Of a DNA stretch of 64,000 bases, positions 50,788 through 60,936 are shown in pieces. Below the pieces are notes generated by a model that ran no database searches, was not told the DNA's origin, and worked only from the letters and a program-made list of their open reading frames with translations. Numbering within the stretch: position 1 is the stretch's first letter; each line of letters begins with the position of its first letter. Origin of the DNA: an uncultured archaeon (GTDB lineage Archaea; Thermoproteota; Nitrososphaeria_A; Caldarchaeales; Wolframiiraptoraceae); assembly GCA_938083505.1 (NCBI GenBank), contig CALKCF010000004.1:93630-157629 (forward strand), in the 5' to 3' direction. Both the position numbers and the translations under genes were made by a program.

Positions 50788-52011
50788 CTAACCTCCAGAG
50801 GCGATTTTCAACAGAGATTCAACAAGTATCGCTTCATCCTCGCGGAATAACAACAAGGGCCCATCTGGTCTTGCCCCGAGCGATGCCAACCTTTCAGCAA
50901 CACTTACGGCATGCCTGAACTCTTCTAGGCTTATGGATTTGCCACCTAGGCCTACAATGACCGGCAGAATGACCTTAGGCCTGTCCTCCAAATGGTAGAG
51001 CGCCTCAGCAATTTCTGGGCAGATTATTCCACCTTTACCTACGGATATGTTCTGGTCAATGACCAATACGCACCTCTTACCCCTTAGGCTTTTGATGACG
51101 TCATCCGTCGGGAAAGGTCTGAACAACCTAATTTTGAACAATCCTACTTTATACCCCTCACCCCTCAGAACACTTACAGCATACTTGCCGGCAGATGCAA
51201 AGGAGTTGGACATGACGACTACCGTATCAGCATCATCCATCATGTACTCCTCAACGGGTGCATAATCTCTAGAAAACGTTTTTTCAAATTCTTTTGCCGC
51301 TTCCCTGAACACGCTAAGGGCATTGCGTGATGCCATATGCATTTGGTATTTAAAGAACGAGTACAAGGGTGGAATAAGTACCGGTATACCTTTTGCGACA
51401 GGTTTCGAAGCCCTTATTGGGTTGACGGGTTTGTACTCTGGAAGGAATTCGTCTACTGCGTCCTGTTCAGGTAAATCGACGCGCTCCCTTGTGAACGAAA
51501 GGTGAAAGCCATCTATATTTACAATGGCTGGTAACAAAACTCTGTGGTCTTCGGCCACTCTGTACGCAAGAAGTACGAGGTCTAGTGCTTCTTGCACGTT
51601 CTCCGCATAGAAGTGGAGAAATCCAGAATCCCTCGCCGCGAGTACGTCGTTGTGGTCAGGCTCGAGCGTTATCGGAGCTGCCAAAGCCCTTGCGACGTTG
51701 ACAAGCACTAATGGAGCCCTCCAACCAGCTATGCTGTAAAGCATCTCAAAACCGTACAAAAGACCTTGGCTCGATGTTGCCGTGAAAACCCTAGCACCAG
51801 TCGCTGCAGCCGTGCCCGCCGCCGTCAGCAAAGAATGCTCGGATTCCACCTGCATGAATGTAGCATCCATCTCTCCCTTTCTTACCCACTCGCTCAGGAT
51901 TTCGATTATCTCGGTTTGGGGCGTGATCGGATAAGCTGGGATATAATCGACCCTTGCTAACCTTGCGGCCCACGCGACGGCCTGTGAACCTGTAAGCATC
52001 TTCAGGACCAT
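50788..52011 (-). CDS. Pyruvate/2-oxoacid:ferredoxin oxidoreductase alpha subunit
   Basis: AYPITPQT, ESEH, TATSSQGL, RLFRPFP; start revised to 52011. Confidence 0.93.
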   Translation of the reverse strand: MVLKMLTGSQAVAWAARLARVDYIPAYPITPQTEIIEILSEWVRKGEMDATFMQVESEHSLLTAAGTAAATGARVFTATSSQGLLYGFEMLYSIAGWRAPLVLVNVARALAAPITLEPDHNDVLAARDSGFLHFYAENVQEALDLVLLAYRVAEDHRVLLPAIVNIDGFHLSFTRERVDLPEQDAVDEFLPEYKPVNPIRASKPVAKGIPVLIPPLYSFFKYQMHMASRNALSVFREAAKEFEKTFSRDYAPVEEYMMDDADTVVVMSNSFASAGKYAVSVLRGEGYKVGLFKIRLFRPFPTDDVIKSLRGKRCVLVIDQNISVGKGGIICPEIAEALYHLEDRPKVILPVIVGLGGKSISLEEFRHAVSVAERLASLGARPDGPLLLFREDEAILVESLLKIASGG

Positions 52012-52883
52012 ACGCTCTCCCTCTCCGCTTTTATCGCCTTCATCGGACACTCTACGGCGCACACTAGGCAACCTTTGCAGCTGTCGTAGTTTATGAGCGG
52101 GTAACCTTGCTCGTCCAAAGATATACACGATTCAGGACAGTAGATATAGCAGATGCCGCACGCTGTACAAAGATTCCTATCTATGAGTGGTTTTAATACC
52201 CTCCAACTACCCGTTTTCCTTAGTGCTGTGTTGCCCATCGAGAGCAGGTCTGGGATACCCCTTTCGCCCATGTACCGGACTTCCACTACATTATGCAATG
52301 GCCTATACTCTAAACCGCATAGACTTATCGACTCTACGCTCGAGTAACATTCCTTGGCCAATTGGATATTCTTTTCTATCAGCTCAGGCTCTAGCCCCAG
52401 CTCTTCGAGCTCCTCACTCACGGAGTCGACCAAAGATTGGAGACCTATCAACCCTGAGAGCTTACAAGCTACTGCACCCATGGTAGCACTTAGGATGTCC
52501 TTTCCAACGTGCTTTAACGCGAGATCAGTTACGTCCCTATAGATCACGCGTATCTTCTTCGAGTCTACAATCGGCACATCTTTTGACGAATTGACAAAAA
52601 GAACAGACCCTTCAACCATACCATCGAGCGGTTTGACGGTCGGGTCGAATAATAATGAGGGTGATGTGACAAGTACATAGTTTGGGTTAAAGATGTGCCC
52701 GCGCTCCATTATCGGAGCGTCGGATAATCTTACGAACGTTGTTATAGGTGCTCCACGCCTCTCAGCACCGTATATAGCAAAGTCTTGGGCGAACAGTCCC
52801 TCGAAAAACGCGGCCTTGCTGAGTATACGGCCCGCCGTCTTGATACCCTGTCCGCCCCTTCCATGAAACCTAAACCTTATGAT
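52002..52883 (-). CDS. Oxidoreductase gamma-delta fusion subunit
   Basis: Frame extends upstream of 52709 through RFHGRGGQG and YGAERRGAP; C-terminal TGSWR and two CxxCxxCxxxCP; no ATG/GTG/TTG at the expected start. Confidence 0.85.
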   Translation of the reverse strand: MIRFRFHGRGGQGIKTAGRILSKAAFFEGLFAQDFAIYGAERRGAPITTFVRLSDAPIMERGHIFNPNYVLVTSPSLLFDPTVKPLDGMVEGSVLFVNSSKDVPIVDSKKIRVIYRDVTDLALKHVGKDILSATMGAVACKLSGLIGLQSLVDSVSEELEELGLEPELIEKNIQLAKECYSSVESISLCGLEYRPLHNVVEVRYMGERGIPDLLSMGNTALRKTGSWRVLKPLIDRNLCTACGICYIYCPESCISLDEQGYPLINYDSCKGCLVCAVECPMKAIKAERESVWS

Positions 52884-53000
52884 AAAGAGGATTCACCTCA
52901 CTATAATTATGGCGTACGGATAATATAAACATTGAAAGTCGCGACCCTTCATTTCTTGAGTCCGAATAAACTTTTTAGCGTCCTATTGCTATTTAACGAT

Positions 53001-53060
53001 GGGGCATTGATGAGTACCGCCTTCTGAGTTGTGATGATGCGGGAGTACCACTGAAGCCCC
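53001..53060 (+). ncRNA. C/D-box sRNA
   Basis: GGGGC/GCCCC terminal stem; TGATGA, CTGA, GTGATGA, CTGA. Confidence 0.9.
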
Positions 53061-53146
53061 AAACACTGCGTTCTATTTTTAATCCGACAAGAGACGCTGT
53101 GCTTTTCGGAAAAACGTTAAATCCGTCGAGGGGCATGTAAAGTGTA

Positions 53147-53202
53147 GCGATGATGAGTCTGACCAGGCTGAAAGGATGATATGGATCTTGAGCTCTGAGC
53201 CC
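53147..53202 (+). ncRNA. C/D-box sRNA
   Basis: ATGATGA 53150, CTGA 53168, ATGATA 53176, CTGA 53195. Confidence 0.85.
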
Positions 53203-53304
53203 TATTAAATTTCGGAACGGGTAGTATTTTCAGTGATTGAGGAAAAAGATCTTCCAATATTGTATGGTTAGTTATCCCGTATTCTAAGACCTTTTCCTTG
53301 AATC

Positions 53305-54090
53305 CTATATTAATGATTCGGACTTGTGACTTCCTAACCAGATTTCGTAAAAGCTTGATATGGCCCGGGAGAACTCTGACTCGTAGTTGTCGCGATTACT
53401 GGCTGACATATAATCATAGACAAGTAGACATTGAAGGACGATGAGGGATAACTTCCTGAATCGTGGGTCAGTCCTATGTATCATCCGTTCGTAGATTCCA
53501 TTCCTAATTGATTGGAAGGCCAAGTTATTTAAGTCTCCAGCACTCAGTTCGGTTAGACATTTCCTAAGCACTTCTCTATCCTCATTTTCTAGGAAGTACT
53601 CGAGGACCTTTCTCAGACTATCTTTCATAACCTCGAACTCGGACTTAGTAGTTTTTCTCAGCCTCTTGATTACTTCTTTCTCCCTCTTCTCTACACCCAT
53701 CGCATGATGATGGAAATAGATGGCGAATACTATAGAATAGTAGTCTGGTATATACTTCCTCCTCTCTTTTACAAATCGGTCTGCTAAGTAGGCTGATACA
53801 AACTCGTGACCTATAAACGACAGGTACTTCTCCCCACTCTCCATATCTTCCTTCATATTTCTCTCGGTCTGATAAAATGCCTTGCCGGAGTCGTGAAATA
53901 TTATCGCCAACTTAACGAGCTCCTTAAAGTTTGGAACACAAAGAATACCGACTACGAAATTGTTTAGACGACTGTTGTCTAGATCCTCGATCAAGGCAAC
54001 ACTCTCCTTGATATGTTCTCTTAAGAACTCTTTTACCTCTTGACCATTCCTCATCTTTCTGTAATAGCTCAATACATCGTTTGATATCAT
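53305..54090 (-). CDS. cas3'': Cas3'' HD nuclease
   Basis: LREH, FHDSGK, GHEFVS, HHHAM. Confidence 0.9.
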   Translation of the reverse strand: MISNDVLSYYRKMRNGQEVKEFLREHIKESVALIEDLDNSRLNNFVVGILCVPNFKELVKLAIIFHDSGKAFYQTERNMKEDMESGEKYLSFIGHEFVSAYLADRFVKERRKYIPDYYSIVFAIYFHHHAMGVEKREKEVIKRLRKTTKSEFEVMKDSLRKVLEYFLENEDREVLRKCLTELSAGDLNNLAFQSIRNGIYERMIHRTDPRFRKLSLIVLQCLLVYDYMSASNRDNYESEFSRAISSFYEIWLGSHKSESLI

Positions 54091-55793
54091 TCGCCCACCA
54101 CTCTGATTCTCAGCCCAGCTTCATCGTTATATTCACCGTCGATAATGAAAGACCTGATTCCTTCTCTGTAGATAAACCTGACTAACTCTTTCGCGTTCTT
54201 TATAATTATTTTACTTACGTCTATCGGCTCCCTAACAACACCACTTTTTCCCTCCTTGATTACCTCCTTCACCTTTCTAGACTTCCACAATTCTGAGAAT
54301 GCATGAAAACTTATGGGGATGGGTTCTGAGAGGTTTTCAACTTGGACGGGTATTATAGGAGATTCTCTAACGAAGCTACCTCCGTACTCAAAGAATTTCT
54401 CTACGGTCCTGGATATGTCGTCCAAGTTTGTGAAGACACTTAACATATCATCTATCTCCTTTCTCTCAACGTCGAGCTCAATAAGCTCGTACACACTGTT
54501 TATCAACTCCATATAGCCGCAGGAGCCAGCGTCGGTTGTGCCATCAGGAATACTCGGTATATGGAGGTTCAACGTATTGTGTAGAGACTTTAGATATTCA
54601 AAAGTCGCCTCACATAGCTTTACATCATAGACCTTGTATCTCTCTCCGGAGAAGTCGTCGCTTTTCCAAATATATGCTACCCCTTCTCTTTCATCTTCAT
54701 ATCTAAGGAACCTGCCGAAGCGCTGGACAAGCGTGTGGGCTGGTGCAAGATCAGTTACCAAGAGATTTGATGAGATGTCTATGCCGGCCTCAACGGACTG
54801 TGTCCCAATGATGACATATTCTCTCTCCTCTTTCAGCATACTTAACACCTTGTGCTTTTTCCTCTTATCTGACTCCGTAAAACGGGAATGTATTAGCAAC
54901 ACATTCTTGAAATCATTTTTCACATATTCGTAAAAGATTATTGCTTCATGAACCGTGTTGAAAACGACGAGTACTTTAGTGTAGCCGACGTCCCACTCCT
55001 CCCTAACCCAGTTCCTGACTTCCTCCCACCATTCATCCTTCTTTGATAAATGTTTTAGCTTTATTTTATACTTCTTATTGAGTCTGTCTTGGAGAAACTT
55101 TTCGTCGACTTGTGGGTCAAACTCAAACCACTTGATCCTGTCTTCGTATCGATACAATTTGTCCCTCAGCACTTCCTTAAATTTTTGCGGGATTGTGGCG
55201 GACATTAAGACCACCTTTTGAGCGTTGTCAATCGCGTGACTTAATAATGTTAATAGGTACGTCAGCGATCTGGTCTCATCGCTTAGAAGGTGAACCTCAT
55301 CTAGTACGAGGTCTGATAGTACGACAGTAGAGCGTGAGAAGAGATAGTGCCCATACGTACCTTCGATTGTTCCAATAGACTCGCGCCACCCTTTTATCAC
55401 CCTGTTTAAATCCTCTGGGGCCAGCCCGAACATGGTTAGCGATAACGTGTCTATCGTGGTGAGGGTTATGGGCTTTATCAAATATGGTGATGAGTGCTCA
55501 TGCATGTACCTTTTGCCGACGACATAATCGGGAACTATCTTCTTTATCTTGTCAAACTGATCTTCAAGCAAAGTCCTCATGGGGAGGGAGATGATTAGCT
55601 TACCACATTCCTCGTAAGTCTTCAGCGTGAGCGTTCCAGTAATGCTCGACTTTCCGTACCCAGTCGGAGCTTCTATTATGAAAACATCCTTATCATTCCA
55701 TGAACTATCCAACCCCTCTATGACTAATGAAAGATATGGTCTTTCTCTTGTATAGCCGTGAAGCTTACACAACTTCTCATAGATATCTCTCAA
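54087..55793 (-). CDS. cas3: Cas3' helicase
   Basis: APTGYGKS, DEVH, SAT, HSRF, QRFGR. Confidence 0.95.
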   Translation of the reverse strand: MRDIYEKLCKLHGYTRERPYLSLVIEGLDSSWNDKDVFIIEAPTGYGKSSITGTLTLKTYEECGKLIISLPMRTLLEDQFDKIKKIVPDYVVGKRYMHEHSSPYLIKPITLTTIDTLSLTMFGLAPEDLNRVIKGWRESIGTIEGTYGHYLFSRSTVVLSDLVLDEVHLLSDETRSLTYLLTLLSHAIDNAQKVVLMSATIPQKFKEVLRDKLYRYEDRIKWFEFDPQVDEKFLQDRLNKKYKIKLKHLSKKDEWWEEVRNWVREEWDVGYTKVLVVFNTVHEAIIFYEYVKNDFKNVLLIHSRFTESDKRKKHKVLSMLKEEREYVIIGTQSVEAGIDISSNLLVTDLAPAHTLVQRFGRFLRYEDEREGVAYIWKSDDFSGERYKVYDVKLCEATFEYLKSLHNTLNLHIPSIPDGTTDAGSCGYMELINSVYELIELDVERKEIDDMLSVFTNLDDISRTVEKFFEYGGSFVRESPIIPVQVENLSEPIPISFHAFSELWKSRKVKEVIKEGKSGVVREPIDVSKIIIKNAKELVRFIYREGIRSFIIDGEYNDEAGLRIRVVGE

Positions 55794-56979
55794 GGGTGCT
55801 GACCTCTCTCAGTAATGCCTCGTACCTCAGAGCAGCCCACCTTAACTTTTCGTCGCCCCCAACCTTAACATATGCGTTATGAAGCTCCCGCAGCGCCTGA
55901 TATATCCCGTATCGGTCATCCAGTATTACAAACCTGTACAGGCCAATTATAACAGACATTAAATTACTATGCTCAACATTGTCACTATTTCTCAACCTCT
56001 CAAGCACGATACCATCTGGTGCAATAATTTTTTCTAAAAGCCTGTACACTTCTTTGGCTTCTCGAAAGAAGATAGTGAAAGGTATAGTCTCATAGACCTT
56101 GTACGTCTGTCCCTCTTGGTTAACCTTTAACAGCAGTAAAGAGATACTTTTTACGTCACGTTCTCCTAATACTTCTTGCAACTTGGTGTTAAGGCATATT
56201 TCGGCCGCTAGAAGTTCCTCCTTAAATTGTCTCTTTATAACTTGTTCCAGTATATCGCGCGCCTTATCCTTTATCCGCATCATTGTTTCGGGATTATTAT
56301 TAGAGAATAGTATTTCACCAATTTCTAATGGTGAAAGGAACAAGAAATAGTATGTGTTAGCATTTCTATAAACGAAAGATGAATACAGCCCTAGCATAGC
56401 AAGTAATAGGACCTCTGGGGATACATAAGTGGTGATTTGGCGGGTAGTGTACTCGTGCTCTGTGGAAGTTAAACCCGTGTAACGCTCAGATTTTAGGAAC
56501 TGAAAAGATAGTCCTTTATCACCCTTTACCTCCCCGATGATTATATGCTTTTTACCTATAGTGGTCCCTACGAAAATAGTATCTGTAGAGATCTTAAGTT
56601 TTTTGAAACTATGTTTAAGAATGTAAAGAAGCTCTTGATAGTTCGTTATTCGTAGCTTTCTTTTTCTTCGACGCTCATTAATGTAAAGCGATGCTAACCT
56701 TTCCTCTAATTCCTCTTTACTTATTCCAAGCCAATCTATGAATCTCTTTAAAGAGCTGTCGTCGTTTTTGCCGACGGTAGTTACGTTAATTTTATTTAGG
56801 GTTTCATCACTAAGTTCTCTGTAAACTTTAGCAATTCCATCACGTGGTATTGTTACTTTGTTGCCTTCTACTTTAACCGGCGTCTTTGACATCAGATATA
56901 CCAAACCCTCATAGATGAGGAGAGATGTTAGGGCATCATTAAGTGGTAAACTTATCACTATACTTATACCACCTAGCAA
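55777..56979 (-). CDS. cas8a: Type I-A large subunit Cas8a (Csa4/Cas8a2-like)
   Basis: Position between cas5 and cas3'; size; KSERYTG motif. Confidence 0.7.
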   Translation of the reverse strand: MLGGISIVISLPLNDALTSLLIYEGLVYLMSKTPVKVEGNKVTIPRDGIAKVYRELSDETLNKINVTTVGKNDDSSLKRFIDWLGISKEELEERLASLYINERRRKRKLRITNYQELLYILKHSFKKLKISTDTIFVGTTIGKKHIIIGEVKGDKGLSFQFLKSERYTGLTSTEHEYTTRQITTYVSPEVLLLAMLGLYSSFVYRNANTYYFLFLSPLEIGEILFSNNNPETMMRIKDKARDILEQVIKRQFKEELLAAEICLNTKLQEVLGERDVKSISLLLLKVNQEGQTYKVYETIPFTIFFREAKEVYRLLEKIIAPDGIVLERLRNSDNVEHSNLMSVIIGLYRFVILDDRYGIYQALRELHNAYVKVGGDEKLRWAALRYEALLREVSTLERYL

Positions 56980-57794
56980 ATTCCTATAAGCACCTCATCA
57001 CCATACTTATATCCGCACACATTCCCAGAGACCTTTAACCTATAGGTTGGCGGTTTTCCTAGGGTCTCGAGGATCGGGAGGTAAAACCGTATCGTTTTCT
57101 GACCAAATAAGTATTGAGTAACTGGATCGTAAAAGGATAGGCTTAGAGGGTCTATTAATATTTCTTGTAACCACTTCTGACTTATAGGGGGGTCTATCAC
57201 AGTTATTCCATTCATCAATGGGAATGAATACTGCGTCTCTATTTCTTCGGTGGTTAATTTTTGCGGCTCAAATTTTTTCACTTCTATAACCGAGACGATA
57301 CTCTCTTTTGAACCAAGTCTATGAATGCTCCACATAGCGTGTTCATCGATGATAAGTTCTTTGTTCCCGATTTTTCCTGCTGAAATGTCCTTAAAAACTA
57401 AGTAAATCCTGAGTTTTGGCGGCTTTTCATCAAGCGATGCAAGGATCGTTTTTCCAGTGGCTGGTGCGTCAAAAGAGCTGGATAAGTCGGAAGATATCGG
57501 ATAAAGCGTACCTCCAGTGAGCTTAATTGCTATTAACCTGTTTAGATCGGAAAATTTTATCGATAAACAGTTTATTGGCCTCAGCCCGATTGCCAGTAGA
57601 TTGTTGCTTAATTTTGGGATAATATCCCTAGCTATCTTTTCACCTAACACGTTTTCTTTGGCAAGATATTCCGCTATTGCTCCGAGGATAGTAGTTGGAG
57701 GTGGATAAGTGAATGAGGGTGATGTCTTAGAGTATCCCACGACCTTTGACTGGAAGCCCCAGACAAATTCTACGTCTATAAGGAATCCAATCAT
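56973..57794 (-). CDS. cas5: Type I-A Cas5
   Basis: WGFQ, PPPTTILGA, RLGSKES. Confidence 0.92.
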   Translation of the reverse strand: MIGFLIDVEFVWGFQSKVVGYSKTSPSFTYPPPTTILGAIAEYLAKENVLGEKIARDIIPKLSNNLLAIGLRPINCLSIKFSDLNRLIAIKLTGGTLYPISSDLSSSFDAPATGKTILASLDEKPPKLRIYLVFKDISAGKIGNKELIIDEHAMWSIHRLGSKESIVSVIEVKKFEPQKLTTEEIETQYSFPLMNGITVIDPPISQKWLQEILIDPLSLSFYDPVTQYLFGQKTIRFYLPILETLGKPPTYRLKVSGNVCGYKYGDEVLIGIC

Positions 57795-57812
57795 AGCATT
57801 ATGTCCTGCACA

Positions 57813-58778
57813 CTAGCCGGCTACCCTTCTCTTTATATTTTCTATCGCATCTGCTACAAACGCTTCGAAGCTTCCCCCTTCAAATATGTAGATATCTGTA
57901 TTGTAGCTTATTTTTTCCAACTTCTTCCTAGTCCTCTCGATGTAATCTCTCGTGAAGGGGCTTGGGACTACCCAAGGTTTATCCGAGGCTGCTATCACTA
58001 TACTCTCCCAGTCGACTATTGGAAGGAACCTCGTCTTCTTTGCCCCGAACCCATTCTCGACCAGTAGGGTCTTCACAGAATCTAGTAAGACTTCTATCCT
58101 CCTTCTCCTCTCATCACCGCTTACCACCTGTTTCCCAGCGGTATCTATATTGAATGTAAGCTTTCCAATATATCTTGTATCCATGTCGATGCTAAATGTG
58201 TAAAGCGATGATGTTATCTCGACATAGTACAGCATTTGACCTTTCTCCCTAACAAATTTTGTGCCTAATGCATATCTGCTATGAAGCTGAGGTTCTATTA
58301 CTACGTTTCTTAAAGATTCTTGCGTGGGCACCATGTATCCTGTGAAAAAGTTTGAAGTTCTCTTAATGTTTTCCTTCTCCGCATAAAGGAACCCACCGAT
58401 ATCTTCCACGACACAATTGCCAACTATAATCTCCTCGATGTCTGCACCATCCCTTACCTTACTTAGCGAGGTACCAAATGATTCTTTGAATATAGAGCTG
58501 TTGCTGCTTTTAAGAAAGATTCCTTTCTCACAGAGTTTGCAAAGAGGTAGAGGCGGATCAGCCTCTTTGCTTTTCTCGGATATTATTTTTTGGAAACCAT
58601 GAGCAACACTTTCGCCGGATATAGCAGGGACAAAGTAAACAACGTAAGTACCGTCATCTTCTCTTATCACCATTGGTACACGTCTATGCTTAACGTAGTT
58701 CCCCACAGATTCTGTCATATTGAGAGCCTCAGCGTTTAACAGTACTCTACCTCTAATACTAACGAACACGTCTTTCAT
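57813..58778 (-). CDS. cas7: Type I-A Cas7 (Csa2)
   Basis: LNMTESVGNYVKHR, VPAISGE, EDIGGFL, FGAKKTRFLP. Confidence 0.95.
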   Translation of the reverse strand: MKDVFVSIRGRVLLNAEALNMTESVGNYVKHRRVPMVIREDDGTYVVYFVPAISGESVAHGFQKIISEKSKEADPPLPLCKLCEKGIFLKSSNSSIFKESFGTSLSKVRDGADIEEIIVGNCVVEDIGGFLYAEKENIKRTSNFFTGYMVPTQESLRNVVIEPQLHSRYALGTKFVREKGQMLYYVEITSSLYTFSIDMDTRYIGKLTFNIDTAGKQVVSGDERRRRIEVLLDSVKTLLVENGFGAKKTRFLPIVDWESIVIAASDKPWVVPSPFTRDYIERTRKKLEKISYNTDIYIFEGGSFEAFVADAIENIKRRVAG

Positions 58779-58794
58779 GCCCTCATTTTCCCTC

Positions 58795-59157
58795 TCATGG
58801 TTCTATCTTAGACGCCTCCTTTCTTTCTATGAACCTAGAAGTTTTGGCGAGAGCCTTTGCACAGATTAATGATAATACTTCGCGCAATTCCTGGGTGCTC
58901 TTAAGCTTCCTTATGCTCTCTATCTCGAACTCGAGAAAATTCTCGTTTACTTCATGCATCAGCTTTTTTGCCTCACTGTGCATATCTTCTGGTGGCGATC
59001 TCTTCACTGTGTTAAAGTCTCTTAAGGCCTCCCTGAGATAGTATAGGGCCAAGGGCTTAGTATGAGAGTTTCCAAGTCTATCGATATAATGATAATCTCC
59101 ATCGTGAGCTAAAACTGCAAGCACGCTTGGAATCTGAACATAAATTTCCTCACTCAT
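58795..59157 (-). CDS. csa5: Type I-A small subunit Csa5 (Cas11)
   Basis: YIDRLGN...YYLREALR; directly upstream of cas7; start revised to ATG 59157. Confidence 0.8.
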   Translation of the reverse strand: MSEEIYVQIPSVLAVLAHDGDYHYIDRLGNSHTKPLALYYLREALRDFNTVKRSPPEDMHSEAKKLMHEVNENFLEFEIESIRKLKSTQELREVLSLICAKALAKTSRFIERKEASKIEP

Positions 59158-59315
59158 GTACTTATTTCCACACCCTACATGTTTAAAAGCTTTCCTCATA
59201 AAGATTCTATGCAAAATTGCAACTCTAAAAACGAGGTAAGATAAATTGCTTTTTAAATAGTCCGAACTACTATTATAAAAATTAAAAAAGGATTTCAATA
59301 GTTGAATAGATTTAG

Positions 59316-60143
59316 ATGGGTGACAAGAGCGTCATAAGACTTACCGTCACTTTTGTAGTAGTGGGGAACGCTATAATCCCACCGTTCTCTGCCAAGGTGA
59401 GTAGGCTTATACTGCATAAGATATCGGGGGTTTATCGCAAGCTGGCAGGCATGAGAGTAACACTCAAGCCAGTCTCCGTATCCCCCCTGTTCTACGATGA
59501 GCACCCCCTCATCAAAGTGAAGGGTGAGGACCACATACTGATGCTCAGAGATAGTAACGCCTATTTTTTCAACTGTTGCTTAATAACAGACGAGGACTTT
59601 AGTCTAGACGAATTAATATCCTTCGAGCAATCCGTGATTAGAGATGTTTTTGGAGCTTCTATAATTATAGATAATATAAAAGTTGAAGTGAAGAAGTTTG
59701 ACTCTTTCGGCTTTGAGAAGCCGAGTGCTATCAAAATAAACTTTCTATCACCCGTCCTTCTACAGCTGCCAGGGTTCAAGGGATGTAAAGCGAGCAGGTA
59801 CGCTCTATTCCCAGTTCCTTCACTGCTTATCAGCTCCCTCATCGAGCACTGGAACAAGAACTCAGACCCAGCCGCATACATCAAGAACCCATACTGGCTC
59901 GCCTACTACTCTAACTATGCACTCTTGGAGGCGGATTTCCACCTAAAGCCCGTTACCGTCGTGTACGATAATAGACGGCTTATCAGGGGTTTAATGGGAT
60001 GGGTGCTATATGATATGAGAAAAAGTAAGAACACACCCTCACTAAGGCGGATACTGGCCCTCCTCGATTACGCCCAGTATGTAGGTATTGGGAAATCGAG
60101 GGGCACGGGGTTTGGGCACGTATCAGTTAAATGTATAAATTAG
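59316..60143 (+). CDS. cas6: CRISPR endoribonuclease Cas6
   Basis: C-terminal GIGKSRGTGFG glycine-rich loop. Confidence 0.93.
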   Translation: MGDKSVIRLTVTFVVVGNAIIPPFSAKVSRLILHKISGVYRKLAGMRVTLKPVSVSPLFYDEHPLIKVKGEDHILMLRDSNAYFFNCCLITDEDFSLDELISFEQSVIRDVFGASIIIDNIKVEVKKFDSFGFEKPSAIKINFLSPVLLQLPGFKGCKASRYALFPVPSLLISSLIEHWNKNSDPAAYIKNPYWLAYYSNYALLEADFHLKPVTVVYDNRRLIRGLMGWVLYDMRKSKNTPSLRRILALLDYAQYVGIGKSRGTGFGHVSVKCIN

Positions 60144-60186
60144 CTCGGGAACAGATATTTAAATAAACGCCCGTGTGAAGTGGTAT

Positions 60187-60912
60187 ATGGCTAAAAAGGC
60201 CGTCTTCGTCAATATGGGGTTCGACCCCACAGCAACGCTGGAGATAATATCAACCACTTCCCTCTCCTCTAACGACTTACTGATCCTTGTATATCCTAAG
60301 ACAACAGACGATGTATCGAGACTCAGAAACGAGCAAGCCAGGACTCAGATTAAGAACTATATAAATGCATTAAAAACAACTGGACGAAGAATAGAGCTTA
60401 AAGAAATTGAGCTTGAGCTTAGCGATACTTCAAGCGATATCGATGAGCTATTAGGAATATTGATAGACCTCAAAAGGAGAGGTTTCTATGTATATTTCGA
60501 GCTAACGGGTGGGGTAAGGGCAATAACCGTTACCATGTGCCTCCTCTCAACATGGTTCCCCTACCTAGTGGATGAGCTAACTTATGTCATCGAGGTGACG
60601 AGGGTAAGGAAGAGCATACCGGTAATCTCACCAGCACAGCTCTCCTCGAAGACTGTATTGAACATTCTCTCCTTCCTCATAGACAGGAAGCAGGTTAGGA
60701 GAAAAGATATCTGTAAAGCACTGAATGTGAGCGAGAGTTGTGTCAGCAGGATTATCTCTTTTTTAAAGAAATTGGGAATTGTGGAGGAGAGATTAAGAAT
60801 AGTATCCCTTAGCAATAAGTTCTCATACTACACTTCTATCTTTAAGAACCTTAAAAACATCTTGCAAAGCGATGAAAGAATCTTATTCAATTTGCAAGAT
60901 AAAAAAGATTAA
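60187..60912 (+). CDS. csa3: Csa3 CARF + wHTH transcriptional regulator
   Basis: MGFD, LTGGVR CARF motif, C-terminal HTH. Confidence 0.85.
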   Translation: MAKKAVFVNMGFDPTATLEIISTTSLSSNDLLILVYPKTTDDVSRLRNEQARTQIKNYINALKTTGRRIELKEIELELSDTSSDIDELLGILIDLKRRGFYVYFELTGGVRAITVTMCLLSTWFPYLVDELTYVIEVTRVRKSIPVISPAQLSSKTVLNILSFLIDRKQVRRKDICKALNVSESCVSRIISFLKKLGIVEERLRIVSLSNKFSYYTSIFKNLKNILQSDERILFNLQDKKD

Positions 60913-60936
60913 GTATTTGGTCCCGTTTTTCTTCGG

